Source of the DNA: Candidatus Latescibacterota bacterium
GTDB taxonomy: Bacteria > Latescibacterota > CBDEFO01
DNA: 64,000 nucleotides
NCBI GenBank assembly: GCA_965237525.1
Contig: CBDEFO010000008.1
Location: 1,760,001-1,824,000, forward strand
Direction of reading: 5' to 3'
This document shows, in pieces, positions 49,124-59,421 of the stretch (positions within the stretch are counted from its first letter, which is position 1; the number at the start of each line of letters is the position of its first letter). Position numbers and translations under genes: made by a program. The notes under the pieces were generated by a model. The model had not been told where the DNA came from. It saw nothing but the letters and a program-made list of their open reading frames with translations, and ran no database searches.

Positions 49124-49907
49124 CTCCTCCTCGCCTCGTAGCCATAATTGAGGGGTAGCCATAAACTAAAGGGTCCCTTATGTAGAAACGGGGACAGAAT
49201 CATTTCTTTTGAGCTAGAATCCATAAATGATGTTCTAAATAATGGTGTTCTTCTTCCACATGAAGGAGTCTAAATCCAGCTTCTTGAATTAATTTCTTAT
49301 TTTCTTCAATTGAATAAGAACTCCATGCCATCTCTGAACCAATCCACTCTTCAACAGCCATAAGCATTCCGTTCATTCCCATGGTAACAAGAATAGGCCC
49401 TTTTTCTTTGAGAATAATGTAAATTTTTTCAAAAAGATGTTTATGCTCTTCTCTCGGAATATGAAAAATTGCGTATAATGAAACAACAGCATCAAATGAT
49501 CCTGATTCAAAATCAATATTAGACAAATCTCCTTTTATGTATTTTGCCTGAGGGACATTCTTCCTTGCAATGTTGATATGTTTTTGTGAAATGTCTATGC
49601 CTGTAATCTCGCAGCCAGGTTTAACGAGATATTTATCGTAGGGTATTCCAATACCAGAACCAAGATCAAGGATGTTTGCATTTTTAGGGATTAATTGCAA
49701 TAATTTATCAAGAAATCTTTGTTCCATTTCATTCAGGTTTTTATTTAATCTAAAGAATTTTTGGTAATCTCCCTCATCATATCCTTTTTCAACAATTTTC
49801 CGTATATCTTTTGCCATCTACAATTTCCCTTTCCTCATCCGACAAGCCCGTTATTGTCTCTAAACTATCTTTGCGATCTTCTATCATCTCCTCCTTGCCT
49901 CGTAACC
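49065..49907. repeat. 79-bp imperfect direct repeats (49065-49143 and 49829-49907) flanking the methyltransferase
   Basis: 6 mismatches by manual alignment; the unit spans the tyrA 3' end and MNT 5' end. Confidence 0.9.
49200..49817 (-). CDS. Class I SAM-dependent methyltransferase (AT-rich)
   Basis: ILDLGSGIG, GIDIS and FDAVVSLYAIFHIP. Confidence 0.88.
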   Translation of the reverse strand: MAKDIRKIVEKGYDEGDYQKFFRLNKNLNEMEQRFLDKLLQLIPKNANILDLGSGIGIPYDKYLVKPGCEITGIDISQKHINIARKNVPQAKYIKGDLSNIDFESGSFDAVVSLYAIFHIPREEHKHLFEKIYIILKEKGPILVTMGMNGMLMAVEEWIGSEMAWSSYSIEENKKLIQEAGFRLLHVEEEHHYLEHHLWILAQKK

Positions 49908-50987
49908 TCCCATTGTCAACATTTTCACGGCCTTATCCGCCTCTCTATTTCCCTCGAAGGCCAACCTTAAAGTTCCTCCCTCGCCCTCCCTTACCTTGAG
50001 GACCTCTATGTCGCTGATATTGATGCCCTCATCTGCTAAAATCCCTGAAATCTGCGCGATCGCGCCAGGTCTGTCCTCAGCTACTACTAAGATCTCAGGG
50101 TGAGGTCTCAAGAATCCCTTAGAATCTTTCGGGATGCTCTCGCGCGTTCTGTTTGCTGACCGGAAGGCATCTTCGAGGCCCTTCTGTTTGAGCTTTCTTT
50201 TTGTATCCTCAAGATAAGATATATACCGGTCTATCGTACCCAAGATACGATCTGTGTTCGTGGCGCAGATGTCCTCCCACATTGTGTAGGGACTCGAGGC
50301 TATCCTGGTCATATCCCTGAATCCCCCTGCGGCTAATTGAAGGAACAGGCCATTTTCCTCGTTCAATCTCCCCACCATCTGTACCAGCGCCACAGCCATC
50401 ATCTGAGGGAGATGGCTGATCACGGCGGCTATAGTATCATGCTCGGAAGGAGACATCACCACGACCTTGGCTCCCAAAGATTTCAACAGATCTTCCAGAC
50501 TGTTCGACACTTCATCTGGCACATTCTTCCCCGGAGTCAAGACGTATATCGCATTTTGGAACAGGAATGGATCGGAAGCTCCTACGCCTCTGCTTTCGGA
50601 CCCCGCCATAGGATGACCGCCTACGAAATAGGCTCCGCTTTTTAGGACACTTTCCGCCGTCGCGGTGATCTCTTCCTTTGTGCTCCCCACGTCTGTTATT
50701 ATCGCTCCATCTTTTACGTATCTCGAGATTTCTCGCAAAAGTTCCTGAATTCTGAGTATAGGTGTGCACAAAAAGACAAGGTCGGCTTCGGCTATGTGTC
50801 CTTTCATCTCCTCATAGGCGCACCCATCGTCTATCGCGCCTAATTGCAGAGCCTTACGGATCGTAGACTTTCTGCTTATGCCAGAAATCCTCCTATCTGA
50901 TCCGGTCCTCTTCAGTGCCAGCCCTAAAGAACCGCCGATCAATCCTACACCCACAATTGCTATACTCTTAAAGTCCAATTCTTCCAT
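49884..50987 (-). CDS. tyrA: Prephenate/arogenate dehydrogenase with C-terminal ACT domain
   Basis: GVGLIGGS, DVGSTK, GHPMAG, SHLP, GGFRDMTRIA and DRPG (ACT). Confidence 0.93.
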   Translation of the reverse strand: MEELDFKSIAIVGVGLIGGSLGLALKRTGSDRRISGISRKSTIRKALQLGAIDDGCAYEEMKGHIAEADLVFLCTPILRIQELLREISRYVKDGAIITDVGSTKEEITATAESVLKSGAYFVGGHPMAGSESRGVGASDPFLFQNAIYVLTPGKNVPDEVSNSLEDLLKSLGAKVVVMSPSEHDTIAAVISHLPQMMAVALVQMVGRLNEENGLFLQLAAGGFRDMTRIASSPYTMWEDICATNTDRILGTIDRYISYLEDTKRKLKQKGLEDAFRSANRTRESIPKDSKGFLRPHPEILVVAEDRPGAIAQISGILADEGINISDIEVLKVREGEGGTLRLAFEGNREADKAVKMLTMGGYEARRR

Positions 50988-51065
50988 TCTAGCGCTCCAG
51001 ATACAGCTCTTGTCTTTTCCTGTCTACCCCCCGTTGAATCTATCGGGGACCAGTGTTTACTATAC

Positions 51066-52081
51066 TTACTGCATTTTTTTCTCCACGACTGCTCCTATAG
51101 CCCTTATCTCCTTCATCAGCACCTCGAACTGATCTGGGAAGAGAGACTGAGCACCGTCGGACAGGGCGTGATCGGGATCGTGGTGAACCTCGATCATCAG
51201 GCCGTCTGCTCCAGCAGCTATCGAGGCCCTTGCCATAGGTACCACCTTGTTCCTTATTCCCGTTCCCTGACTGGGATCGGATATGATCGGAAGGTGGGAG
51301 AGCTTCTTGACCACAGGGATCGCGCTGATATCCAGTGTGTTTCTGGTATATTTTTCAAATGTCCTTATTCCACGCTCGCAGAGGATCACTTTGTGATTTC
51401 CTCCCGAACAGATGTACTCCGCGGACATGAGCCACTCCTCAATCGTCGCGCACATGCCCCGCTTTAAGAGGACAGGCTTGGAGGTCTTCCCCAACTCCCT
51501 CAGCAAAGTAAAGTTAGCCATGTTGCGGGTCCCCACTTGGAAGATGTTGGCGTATTCCTCAATTAGTGCGATCTGGCTTGCATCCATAACCTCAGTCACC
51601 ACGGGTATCGAGAAGCTATCTCCAGCTTCGCGTAGCAGCTTTAAGCCCTCCTCGCCTAGGCCCGGAAGCTGTAGGGAGATGTCCGCGGTTTGAACGCTCC
51701 ACCTCTTAGGATGTTTGCGCCGGAGCTTTTGATCCTTTCGGATATGATCCTAAGCTGATCTCTGCTCTCCACAGAACACGGACCAGCCATTACGGCAATC
51801 TTGTCCCCTCCGATCTCCACGCCGTTCACGTCTATGATAGTGTCCTCCGATTTGAAGCCTCTGCTGACCAGCTTGTAGGGTTCACTTATCCTGTGAACCT
51901 CGTGCACTCCCGGAAGAACCTCAAGGTCTCTTTCGTCCAAATCTGTATTTGTGCCTATAACCCCTATTACTGTCCTTTCTACTCCCCTAGAAATGTGAGC
52001 GTCAAATCCCAACTCCGAGAGCTTTTCGACAAGATTCTGCACATGTTCCTCTAACGCCGTACCCTCCATAACAATAACCAT
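51066..52081 (-). pseudogene. aroF: DAHP synthase (class I-beta with N-terminal regulatory domain) split by a 1-nt frameshift; possibly a sequencing error
   Basis: AGPCSVE and GGAFKPRTSPYSF in one frame; GLGEEGL...LLKRG, CERGIR in another; one base missing at ~51661-51664. Confidence 0.9.
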
Positions 52082-52225
52082 TCGTTCCTTTGACCTCCTT
52101 GAAATTAGTGGACAGCAAACCCCGATTGAATCTATCCCCGATTGAACCTGTCGGGGACTTGGGGAGGGAGTCAGGGGCACCGCCTCGTTTCCCTGTATGC
52201 TGTCTACTGCTTGCCGTATGCTTGT

Positions 52226-52486
52226 TTAACTTCCCCTTTGTAGTTTCCTGGACTCCTCGATAATCCTTTCAAATATCCTCCTAATCGCCTCGTCGCAGAG
52301 AGGTCCGTTGTTCAATTTTTGAACCCCATTCAAAATTGCAGTCTCTCTCTCGGGAGAATGGACATCTTGTCCCTTTTCCCCCTTTATTCTCCCTATCTCT
52401 AAAGCGCACTTGGCCCGGCGATTTATAAGCTCTGCCAAACGGGCGTCTATAGAGTCTATCTCCTCACGCCAGTCTGATATATCCAT
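52226..52486 (-). CDS. Chorismate mutase (AroQ type, monofunctional)
   Basis: WREEIDSID..L..LINRR...IG..K..RE motif. Confidence 0.9.
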   Translation of the reverse strand: MDISDWREEIDSIDARLAELINRRAKCALEIGRIKGEKGQDVHSPERETAILNGVQKLNNGPLCDEAIRRIFERIIEESRKLQRGS

Positions 52487-52574
52487 AGGCAACTCCCCTT
52501 GTAAGTAGACAGTAGTCCCCGATAGATTCAATCGGGGATAGACAGGGCACGTCCTCCCATCCCGTTTAAACTGC

Positions 52575-53381
52575 TCAAAAACGGGCGGACTTCAAAAGAC
52601 CTGTTAACGTCTCTGTGTAATCACCTATCTTCGATACTAAAGATTCATCTTTCGTCCACTGGCCTATTCTCCTGACGATCGCGCTGCCCACGACCACAGC
52701 ATCTGCACAACTTGCCACCTGGACTACCTGCTCGGGTTTGGAGATTCCGAAGCCTACTGCTACAGGAATGTCCGTATGATCCCTTATCTTACTTACCATC
52801 GCCCCTATTGAATCTTCAAGTTTATCTCTTTCGCCTGTCACTCCCGTTCTGGAAACGTAATACACAAACCCGGATGCCATCTTTGAGATCAGTGCTATCC
52901 TCTCCTCTGTGCTCGTCGGGGAAAGCAGGAACACGGTCTTGACTCCTCTTTCGTCCATCAACACCTTGTACTCATTCCCTTCTTCAGGCGGAAGGTCTAA
53001 CAAGAGCACTCCGTCAATGTCCGCCTCGGCACACCTTTTCACGAACCTATTCACGCCGTATCTATGCACAGGATTAAAGTAAGTAAAGAGTACAATCGGA
53101 ATCTGCGAGCTTTCCCTTAATTCCTCCGCCACATCCAGCACATCTTTCAGCGAGACCTTATTTTTCAGCGCCCTTTGCGAGGCTTCCTGAATCACAGGTC
53201 CATCTGCCAGTGGGTCTGAAAACGGAACTCCCAACTCGACAATATCCACACCTCTTTTTTCCAGCTCGATTACCAGGTCTTTGGTAACCTTCAGAGTCGG
53301 ATCTCCCGCCGTAATATATGCCACAAACCCTTTCTGATTTTCACTTTTCAACTTCTCAAACTTTCTGTCTATCCTGTTCAT
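52575..53381 (-). CDS. trpA: Tryptophan synthase alpha
   Basis: [25 protein letters not shown] and VGFGI. Confidence 0.97.
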   Translation of the reverse strand: MNRIDRKFEKLKSENQKGFVAYITAGDPTLKVTKDLVIELEKRGVDIVELGVPFSDPLADGPVIQEASQRALKNKVSLKDVLDVAEELRESSQIPIVLFTYFNPVHRYGVNRFVKRCAEADIDGVLLLDLPPEEGNEYKVLMDERGVKTVFLLSPTSTEERIALISKMASGFVYYVSRTGVTGERDKLEDSIGAMVSKIRDHTDIPVAVGFGISKPEQVVQVASCADAVVVGSAIVRRIGQWTKDESLVSKIGDYTETLTGLLKSARF

Positions 53382-54571
53382 ACTTTCTGTCCTATATACT
53401 TAGCCGCCTCCTGAACGTCTTTGTCCCCTCGACCTGAAAGGTTAATTATGATAATATCGTCTTTATCACCATCTTTTGCAGCTTTAACCGTGTAGGCAAC
53501 AGCGTGGGCGCTTTCAAGGGCGGGAATGATCCCCTCCAGTTCACTTAGCTTAGAGAAGGCCTCGATGGCTTCATCGTCCGTAGCATAAGTGTACTCGACC
53601 CTGCCTTGATCTCTCAAGAAGCTGTGTTCGGGTCCCACGCTCGCATAGTCCAGCCCCGCTGACACAGAATGCGTGGTGCTGATTTGACCGTCATCGTCCT
53701 GGAGCACGAAGCTCTTTGTCCCTTGCAGAACTCCCAAGCCTCCGGTCTGAAACCTGGATGCGTGCTTTCCCGTCTCTATTCCCATCCCGCCGGCCTCGAC
53801 GCCCACCATCCGTACAGATTTATCTTTCAAAAACTCGTAGAAGAGACCTATCGAGTTGCTTCCGCCTCCTACACAGGCACAGAGAAGATCCGGCAGCCTG
53901 CCCTCCTTTTCCAGAATCTGCTGTCTTGCTTCCAGACCTATAATCTTCTGAAAATTTCTCACAATCAGGGGATAGGGATGGGGACCTAACACCGAGCCTA
54001 TGATGTAGTGCGTGGTCTCCACATTCGTCACCCAGTCTCTGATCGCTTCATTTATGGCATCCTTCAGGGTCCTGCTCCCCGAGGCTACAGGTGTCACCTT
54101 TGCCCCCAGGAGCCTCATCCTGAACACGTTTAAGGCCTGCCTTTCCATGTCCTCTGTCCCCATGTAGATCTCGCACTCCATCCCGAAGACTGCCGCCACA
54201 GTCGCCGTTGCCACTCCGTGCTGTCCCGCTCCTGTCTCGGCTATGATCCTCTCTTTGCCCATCCTCCTTGCAAGTAGGATCTGACCCAAGGTATTGTTAA
54301 TCTTATGTGCTCCAGTATGGCACAGGTCCTCCCTTTTTAGGTATATCTTGGCCCCTTTAAGCTCCTCTGTCAGTCTCTCGGCAAAATAGAGCGGGGTTGG
54401 CCTCCCAGCGTACTGGCTTAAATAGTATCCCAATTCCTCCTGAAACCGGGTGTCACCTTTTGCGGTCTCATACTCATTCTCCAACTCCTCTAAAGCCGAC
54501 ATCAGCGTCTCAGGCACGAACTTCCCACCGTAGATGCCGAAGTGGCCTGTCTTGTCAGGTGCAGTCTGCAT
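53378..54571 (-). CDS. trpB: Tryptophan synthase beta
   Basis: [17 protein letters not shown] and SGRGDKD. Confidence 0.97.
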   Translation of the reverse strand: MQTAPDKTGHFGIYGGKFVPETLMSALEELENEYETAKGDTRFQEELGYYLSQYAGRPTPLYFAERLTEELKGAKIYLKREDLCHTGAHKINNTLGQILLARRMGKERIIAETGAGQHGVATATVAAVFGMECEIYMGTEDMERQALNVFRMRLLGAKVTPVASGSRTLKDAINEAIRDWVTNVETTHYIIGSVLGPHPYPLIVRNFQKIIGLEARQQILEKEGRLPDLLCACVGGGSNSIGLFYEFLKDKSVRMVGVEAGGMGIETGKHASRFQTGGLGVLQGTKSFVLQDDDGQISTTHSVSAGLDYASVGPEHSFLRDQGRVEYTYATDDEAIEAFSKLSELEGIIPALESAHAVAYTVKAAKDGDKDDIIIINLSGRGDKDVQEAAKYIGQKV

Positions 54572-54583
54572 AGTTTCCTTCCT

Positions 54584-55216
54584 CTATTTACCTGTCACGT
54601 TGAATATGAACCTCTTCAGTTTCTCCCTGTCCTTTTTCCCGGGCTCCTTCTCAACTCCGCTTCCCACATCGACAGCATAGGGGTTTACTATCTCTACAGC
54701 CTCATTTACATTCTCGGGATTTAGTCCCCCCGACAGGATTATCCTGCCGAATTCTTTGGCCCTTAAGGCTACATTCCAGTCGAACGTCCTGCCAGTCCCG
54801 CCGTATAGACCCTTATCGTAGGTATCGAGCAAGAATCCATCCACGTCGTAATCCTTCAAAGACGACCCCTCGAATTCTTTATCTATTCTTATAGCCTTAA
54901 TGACACCTCTTATAGCCTTAATGACACCTGTGTCAAACGAGGCGCAGAATTCCGGCGATTCATCGCCATGGAGCTGAAGCAGTGTAATACCGGCCTTATC
55001 TACGATCTCCTCAATTTTCTCCTTCTCCTCGTTCACAAAGACCCCTACGGTAGTCACAAAGGGCGGCAGTCTATCGGTGATCTCCTTTACGGCACCCGTA
55101 AGCACGTAGCGTGGGCTTTTCGGGTAGAAGATAAATCCCAAAGCGTCCGCTCCCAGTTCGGCGGCGTAAAGCGCGTCGTCTATGTTCGTAATTCCGCAGA
55201 CCTTTATCCTTGTCAT
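54584..55216 (-). CDS. trpF: Phosphoribosylanthranilate isomerase
   Basis: KVCGIT, QLHGDE, GGTG and SGGL. Confidence 0.96.
   Translation of the reverse strand: MTRIKVCGITNIDDALYAAELGADALGFIFYPKSPRYVLTGAVKEITDRLPPFVTTVGVFVNEEKEKIEEIVDKAGITLLQLHGDESPEFCASFDTGVIKAIRGVIKAIRIDKEFEGSSLKDYDVDGFLLDTYDKGLYGGTGRTFDWNVALRAKEFGRIILSGGLNPENVNEAVEIVNPYAVDVGSGVEKEPGKKDREKLKRFIFNVTGK
54887..54928. repeat. Perfect in-frame 21-bp tandem duplication in trpF
   Basis: TCTTATAGCCTTAATGACACC x2, giving [14 protein letters not shown]. Confidence 0.95.
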
Positions 55217-55740
55217 TCTTCCAATTTAAATGAGAAAAGCTGTACCACCGGGCGAAATTCCACAACGCCTATCTCTACAATTTGTCCCCGCATCGGCAGC
55301 GAGGCTCGCCCACAGATCTCCACAGCTTTGGGAACCAGATTTGGATCCAGATCCATAGCGAGCGTACAGTGAGGGACCCAGCGCCCCGGAAGATAATTCT
55401 CCCACGAGGGTTCGCTGACGTCCCGGACGAAACGATGAAAGTAAGAGTGGATGTCCAAAAGCTTATGTGTGACCGTCGGCGCGAGGAACACTACTCCCCT
55501 TGGAAAGATACCGACATTTGACAGGGTTACAGCAAAGGGGGATAGCTCCTTTGCAAACGATCTCAGTCTTGCCTCGAATTCTTCGGTATCAAGCTCGTTA
55601 CAGATAGCGAGCGTTACATGAGGAGGATCGCCAGAATCAAGCATGTAGGAGGTAACCCCTGCCTCAGCGAGATCCTTCCATATATCTCGTATGGCAGCTT
55701 CACTATCTGAATCCAGATACATTCCAATCGCAAGTGGCAT
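55213..55740 (-). CDS. 2H phosphoesterase (2'-5' RNA ligase family)
   Basis: Two HxT motifs (PHVTL, PHCTL). Confidence 0.88.
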   Translation of the reverse strand: MPLAIGMYLDSDSEAAIRDIWKDLAEAGVTSYMLDSGDPPHVTLAICNELDTEEFEARLRSFAKELSPFAVTLSNVGIFPRGVVFLAPTVTHKLLDIHSYFHRFVRDVSEPSWENYLPGRWVPHCTLAMDLDPNLVPKAVEICGRASLPMRGQIVEIGVVEFRPVVQLFSFKLEE

Positions 55741-55808
55741 AACAAAAGACTCCACCTTGGCTTTGAGGTTCGATATCCAACCAAAGAGTACTGATCAGAG
55801 CGCCCGTA

Positions 55809-56633
55809 TTATCCGAGATTACCCGCCGATGAGCCTGATGGCTTTATAGCTCGGACATATAGATACTCTGCCGCGTGATCCCGCCATCTTTGAAGCCAGG
55901 GGTGCTCTTTACATGCCTCCTTAGATGGGCGCGGTTCTTCGATTTCCTTCAAGGCGAATCCGGCCCCGATCAAAGCGTTGAGATATTCGGAGAGCGTCTT
56001 GGGAAACCTCGGCACAAGAAACGGTGTAACATCCTCTTTAACGGGAGCCTTTGAGAATCTCCAATGCAACACTACTGGCTTGTCGTTGAAATAATCGGAG
56101 ACTGTAAATTTGATGCAATTGCCCTGCTCATCACGTATCCACCCGTGACCTTTGGTCGAGAAACATGGATGAGTTATGCTGAAGATCAACTCGCCACCCG
56201 GATGAAGCACTCCGAAGATCTCTTCTACAGCGCCCTTGAAGTCAGGGCTGTCCATCAGCGCCAGGGATGAAACTACGATATCGAAGGATGCATCGTCGAA
56301 GAGGGAAAGATCGCAAAAGGATGCTACTTCGTAGCAAATCCCAAGGGGCTCCCTCTCTTCTTCCTGTCGAGCAAGTTCGATCATCCTTGGGGAAATATCC
56401 ACACCGATCATTCGCGCGCCGCTTCTGGCTAAAAGCCGCGTGTTGTAGCCCTCTCCACAGCCGGCGTCCAGGACCCTCTTTCCATTGCGGCCGCCGATGA
56501 ACCTAAAGAAGGCGGGATTGTTAAAGTGCTCGCGGTAGGCGTCCCAGCCTCTGCGGACATGGTCTGCCCATAAGTCCGCATTGCGATCCCAATGTCGGGC
56601 GACTTCCTCTTCGGATAATTCCGAACGCTTCAT
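55809..56633 (-). CDS. Class I SAM-dependent methyltransferase
   Basis: VLDAGCGEG, GVDIS and FSITHPCF. Confidence 0.9.
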   Translation of the reverse strand: MKRSELSEEEVARHWDRNADLWADHVRRGWDAYREHFNNPAFFRFIGGRNGKRVLDAGCGEGYNTRLLARSGARMIGVDISPRMIELARQEEEREPLGICYEVASFCDLSLFDDASFDIVVSSLALMDSPDFKGAVEEIFGVLHPGGELIFSITHPCFSTKGHGWIRDEQGNCIKFTVSDYFNDKPVVLHWRFSKAPVKEDVTPFLVPRFPKTLSEYLNALIGAGFALKEIEEPRPSKEACKEHPWLQRWRDHAAEYLYVRAIKPSGSSAGNLG

Positions 56634-56644
56634 CTCTTTAGCTC

Positions 56645-57436
56645 CTATCGAGCATTCTTACCTAATAATTCCCTTACTTTCTTACCGATGTCCTTCTCCC
56701 TTATCAATGCCTCGCCCACTAAAATCGCATCGGCGCCGGCGTCCGTGAGCCTTAAAACGTCCTCTCTCGTGTTGATTCCACTTTCGCTAACTATAGTTAT
56801 ATCTTCTGGAATCTTATCTGTCAAATCGAAAGTGGTCTTCAAATCTGTCGTAAATACTCTCAAGTCCCTGTTATTTATGCCTATGATCCTAGCGTCGGCA
56901 TCTAATGCCCTGTTCAACTCCTCCTCGGTGTGCACCTCCACAAGAGCGGACATCGCCAACCTCTCGGCCAAGCTTGAGTAATCCCTCAACTGACGGTCGC
57001 TCAAGATCGCCGCGATGAGCAAAATTGCATCCGCCCCCAATATCCTGGCTTCGTATATCTGGTATTCATCTACAATAAAGTCCTTTCTCAAAGCCGGAAG
57101 GTTTGAGACGCTCTTGATCATACCGATGTGCTCAGGTCTCCCACCAAAGTACTTCTCATCCGTCAAAACCGAGATCGCAGTTGCTCCGTTCTCCTCGTAA
57201 ATTCGCGCTATCTCTTCGGGATCGAAATCCTCTCTGAAGACGCCTTTGGAGGGCGAGGCCCTTTTCACTTCTGCGATCAGTGAGATGTCCTTGTCCTTGA
57301 TCAGGGCCCCGCCAAAATCCCTCGCCGGAGCGACGTCAGCTGCAGTGACCTTTATCTCCTCTATGGGCTGCAGGGATTTTGCATCCTCCACACAGCCTCT
57401 CTTGTAGTCTGCTATTTCGTCTAATATACCGGGCAT
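56645..57436 (-). CDS. trpC: Indole-3-glycerol phosphate synthase
   Basis: IAEVKRASPSKG, LRKDF, GINNR and SESGI. Confidence 0.97.
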   Translation of the reverse strand: MPGILDEIADYKRGCVEDAKSLQPIEEIKVTAADVAPARDFGGALIKDKDISLIAEVKRASPSKGVFREDFDPEEIARIYEENGATAISVLTDEKYFGGRPEHIGMIKSVSNLPALRKDFIVDEYQIYEARILGADAILLIAAILSDRQLRDYSSLAERLAMSALVEVHTEEELNRALDADARIIGINNRDLRVFTTDLKTTFDLTDKIPEDITIVSESGINTREDVLRLTDAGADAILVGEALIREKDIGKKVRELLGKNAR

Positions 57437-57526
57437 CCAGCTATTATCATCGGTGTGTTTTTGTAGGGGCGAGGTTACCTCGCTCGGTGGGCAGCGAAAC
57501 CCTGCCCCTAAATTTATTTTTAACGG

Positions 57527-58537
57527 TTAAGAATTACTGACGCTCGTTAGCTCTTCTAACTTCTCCATCGCCTTTCCAGAATCTATAGCTTCGGCTGCCA
57601 GTCTCATGCCCTCACCCAGACTATCTGTTAATCCACCTACCAGGATAGCAGCCCCGGCGTTCATTAACACGATGTCTCTTGTCGGCCCCTTTGTCCCGCT
57701 CAAAACGTCCGTAACTATGCGGGCGTTCTCATGTACTTCGCCGCCCAGAAGGTCTTCCGTCTTAGCCCTCCAAAACCCGAAATCCTCGGGTACGATCTCG
57801 TAGCTTTCCAATGCGCCATCTCTAAACTCGCTCACTTTCGTCCTGTCCGTTATCGTTATCTCATCGAGGCCGTCCATACCGTGAACCACAAGCGCATGCT
57901 CCGCGCCTAAATTTCCCAGAACCTGTGCAATTATGTCAGTCAAATTGCTATCGTAAACACCCACTACCTGCCTTGTCGCCCCAGCAGGATTGGTCAGAGG
58001 ACCCAGGATGTTAAAGATGGTCCTTACGCCTATCTCCCTCCTTGGACCTATGGCGTATTTCATAGCTTTGTGCAAGGCGGGGGCAAATAGAAATCCAATG
58101 CCCACTTCATCGAGGCACTCCTCGACCTTCTCTGGCGGAGCCTCTACATTCACTCCCAATTCCTTCAGCACGTCTGCGCTGCCACACTTGGACGACGCTG
58201 CCCTGTTTCCGTGCTTTGCCACACAGAGTCCAGCTCCCGCCGTCACAAAAGCAGCGGTGGTGGATATATTAAATGTCCCCGAACCGTCGCCGCCGGTTCC
58301 GCAGGTATCCACGACGATTCCGTGCTCAGTCGCTATCTTGATCGCCTTCTCCCTCATAACGGAGGCGCAGCCTGTGATCTCTTCCACAGATTCGCCCTTC
58401 AGTCTCAGTGCCACCAGAAACGCTCCTATCTGAGCGTCGGTCGCCTCCCCCGACATGATCTGATTCATCACGCCACTGGCCTCTTCTCTGGTGAGATCCG
58501 CACCGGCTATAACCTTATTTATGGCATCTCTTATCAA
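57527..58537 (-). CDS. trpD: Anthranilate phosphoribosyltransferase
   Basis: DTCGTGGD, KHGN and FNILGPLTNP. Confidence 0.97.
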   Translation of the reverse strand: MIRDAINKVIAGADLTREEASGVMNQIMSGEATDAQIGAFLVALRLKGESVEEITGCASVMREKAIKIATEHGIVVDTCGTGGDGSGTFNISTTAAFVTAGAGLCVAKHGNRAASSKCGSADVLKELGVNVEAPPEKVEECLDEVGIGFLFAPALHKAMKYAIGPRREIGVRTIFNILGPLTNPAGATRQVVGVYDSNLTDIIAQVLGNLGAEHALVVHGMDGLDEITITDRTKVSEFRDGALESYEIVPEDFGFWRAKTEDLLGGEVHENARIVTDVLSGTKGPTRDIVLMNAGAAILVGGLTDSLGEGMRLAAEAIDSGKAMEKLEELTSVSNS

Positions 58538-58646
58538 ATCTCCTCCAGTCTACTGAAGAGACAAGAATGTCTGTTCTTCCATCTACTCGGCAAGGCAACC
58601 CTTTCGCAAGAAAGTATGGCGGGTAAGACATTGCTCTTTGACATGG

Positions 58647-59210
58647 CTACGAGCCCAAAAAATTCTTCAACAGTTTTTTCCCCTCTTTGGTCAGGATCGA
58701 CTCAGGGTGGAACTGCACTCCTTCCACAGGCATATCCCTGTGTCTTAATCCCATAATCAATCCGTCATCTGTCTCTGCCGACGCCTCCAGACAGTCGGGA
58801 AGCGACTCCCTTTCGACAATCAGCGAGTGATATCTTGTGGCGGTGAAGGCATTCTCCAAGTCCTTGAATATGGTCTTCCCGTCGTGGTATATCTCGGACG
58901 TCTTTCCGTGCATAAGATAGGGCGCCCTTATCACCTTTCCTCCGAACGCCTGTCCTATAGATTGATGTCCCAGACACACGCCTAAGATCGGCATCTTTCC
59001 GCTGAAGCGTTTGATGAGATCGAGGGATATTCCCGCTTCGTTTGGGGTGCAGGGGCCAGGGGATATGAGTATCTTATTCGGACCCATATTATCTATTTCC
59101 TCAAGGGTGATCTTATCGTTTCTGAAGACCTCAAGTTCCGCCCCTAATTCGCCTAAATACTGAACGAGGTTATATGTAAACGAATCGTAGTTGTCTATCA
59201 TTAGTATCAT
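58647..59210 (-). CDS. trpG: Anthranilate synthase component II (glutamine amidotransferase)
   Basis: [19 protein letters not shown] and QFHPES. Confidence 0.95.
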   Translation of the reverse strand: MILMIDNYDSFTYNLVQYLGELGAELEVFRNDKITLEEIDNMGPNKILISPGPCTPNEAGISLDLIKRFSGKMPILGVCLGHQSIGQAFGGKVIRAPYLMHGKTSEIYHDGKTIFKDLENAFTATRYHSLIVERESLPDCLEASAETDDGLIMGLRHRDMPVEGVQFHPESILTKEGKKLLKNFLGS

Positions 59211-59421
59211 AGCTGTTACCCTTGAAGAAAGTAGACAGGTGAGGCTGGATCGTCAGACAAGAATGTCTGACCCACCAGGTTTCACCCACTTGGATTACTG
59301 AAGTCCGAAGCCAAATATCGTCATTGCGACCCCCTGATTGAATCCATCGGGGGCTAAATTGGGGGCAGGAAAGCAATGTCGTAGATAGCAGACAGGGCAT
59401 TTTCCTCTCACTGTATGCTGC

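Noticed and set aside
51656..51670. Programmed ribosomal frameshift in aroF
   Set aside because: No slippery sequence or stimulatory structure; a single indel explains it
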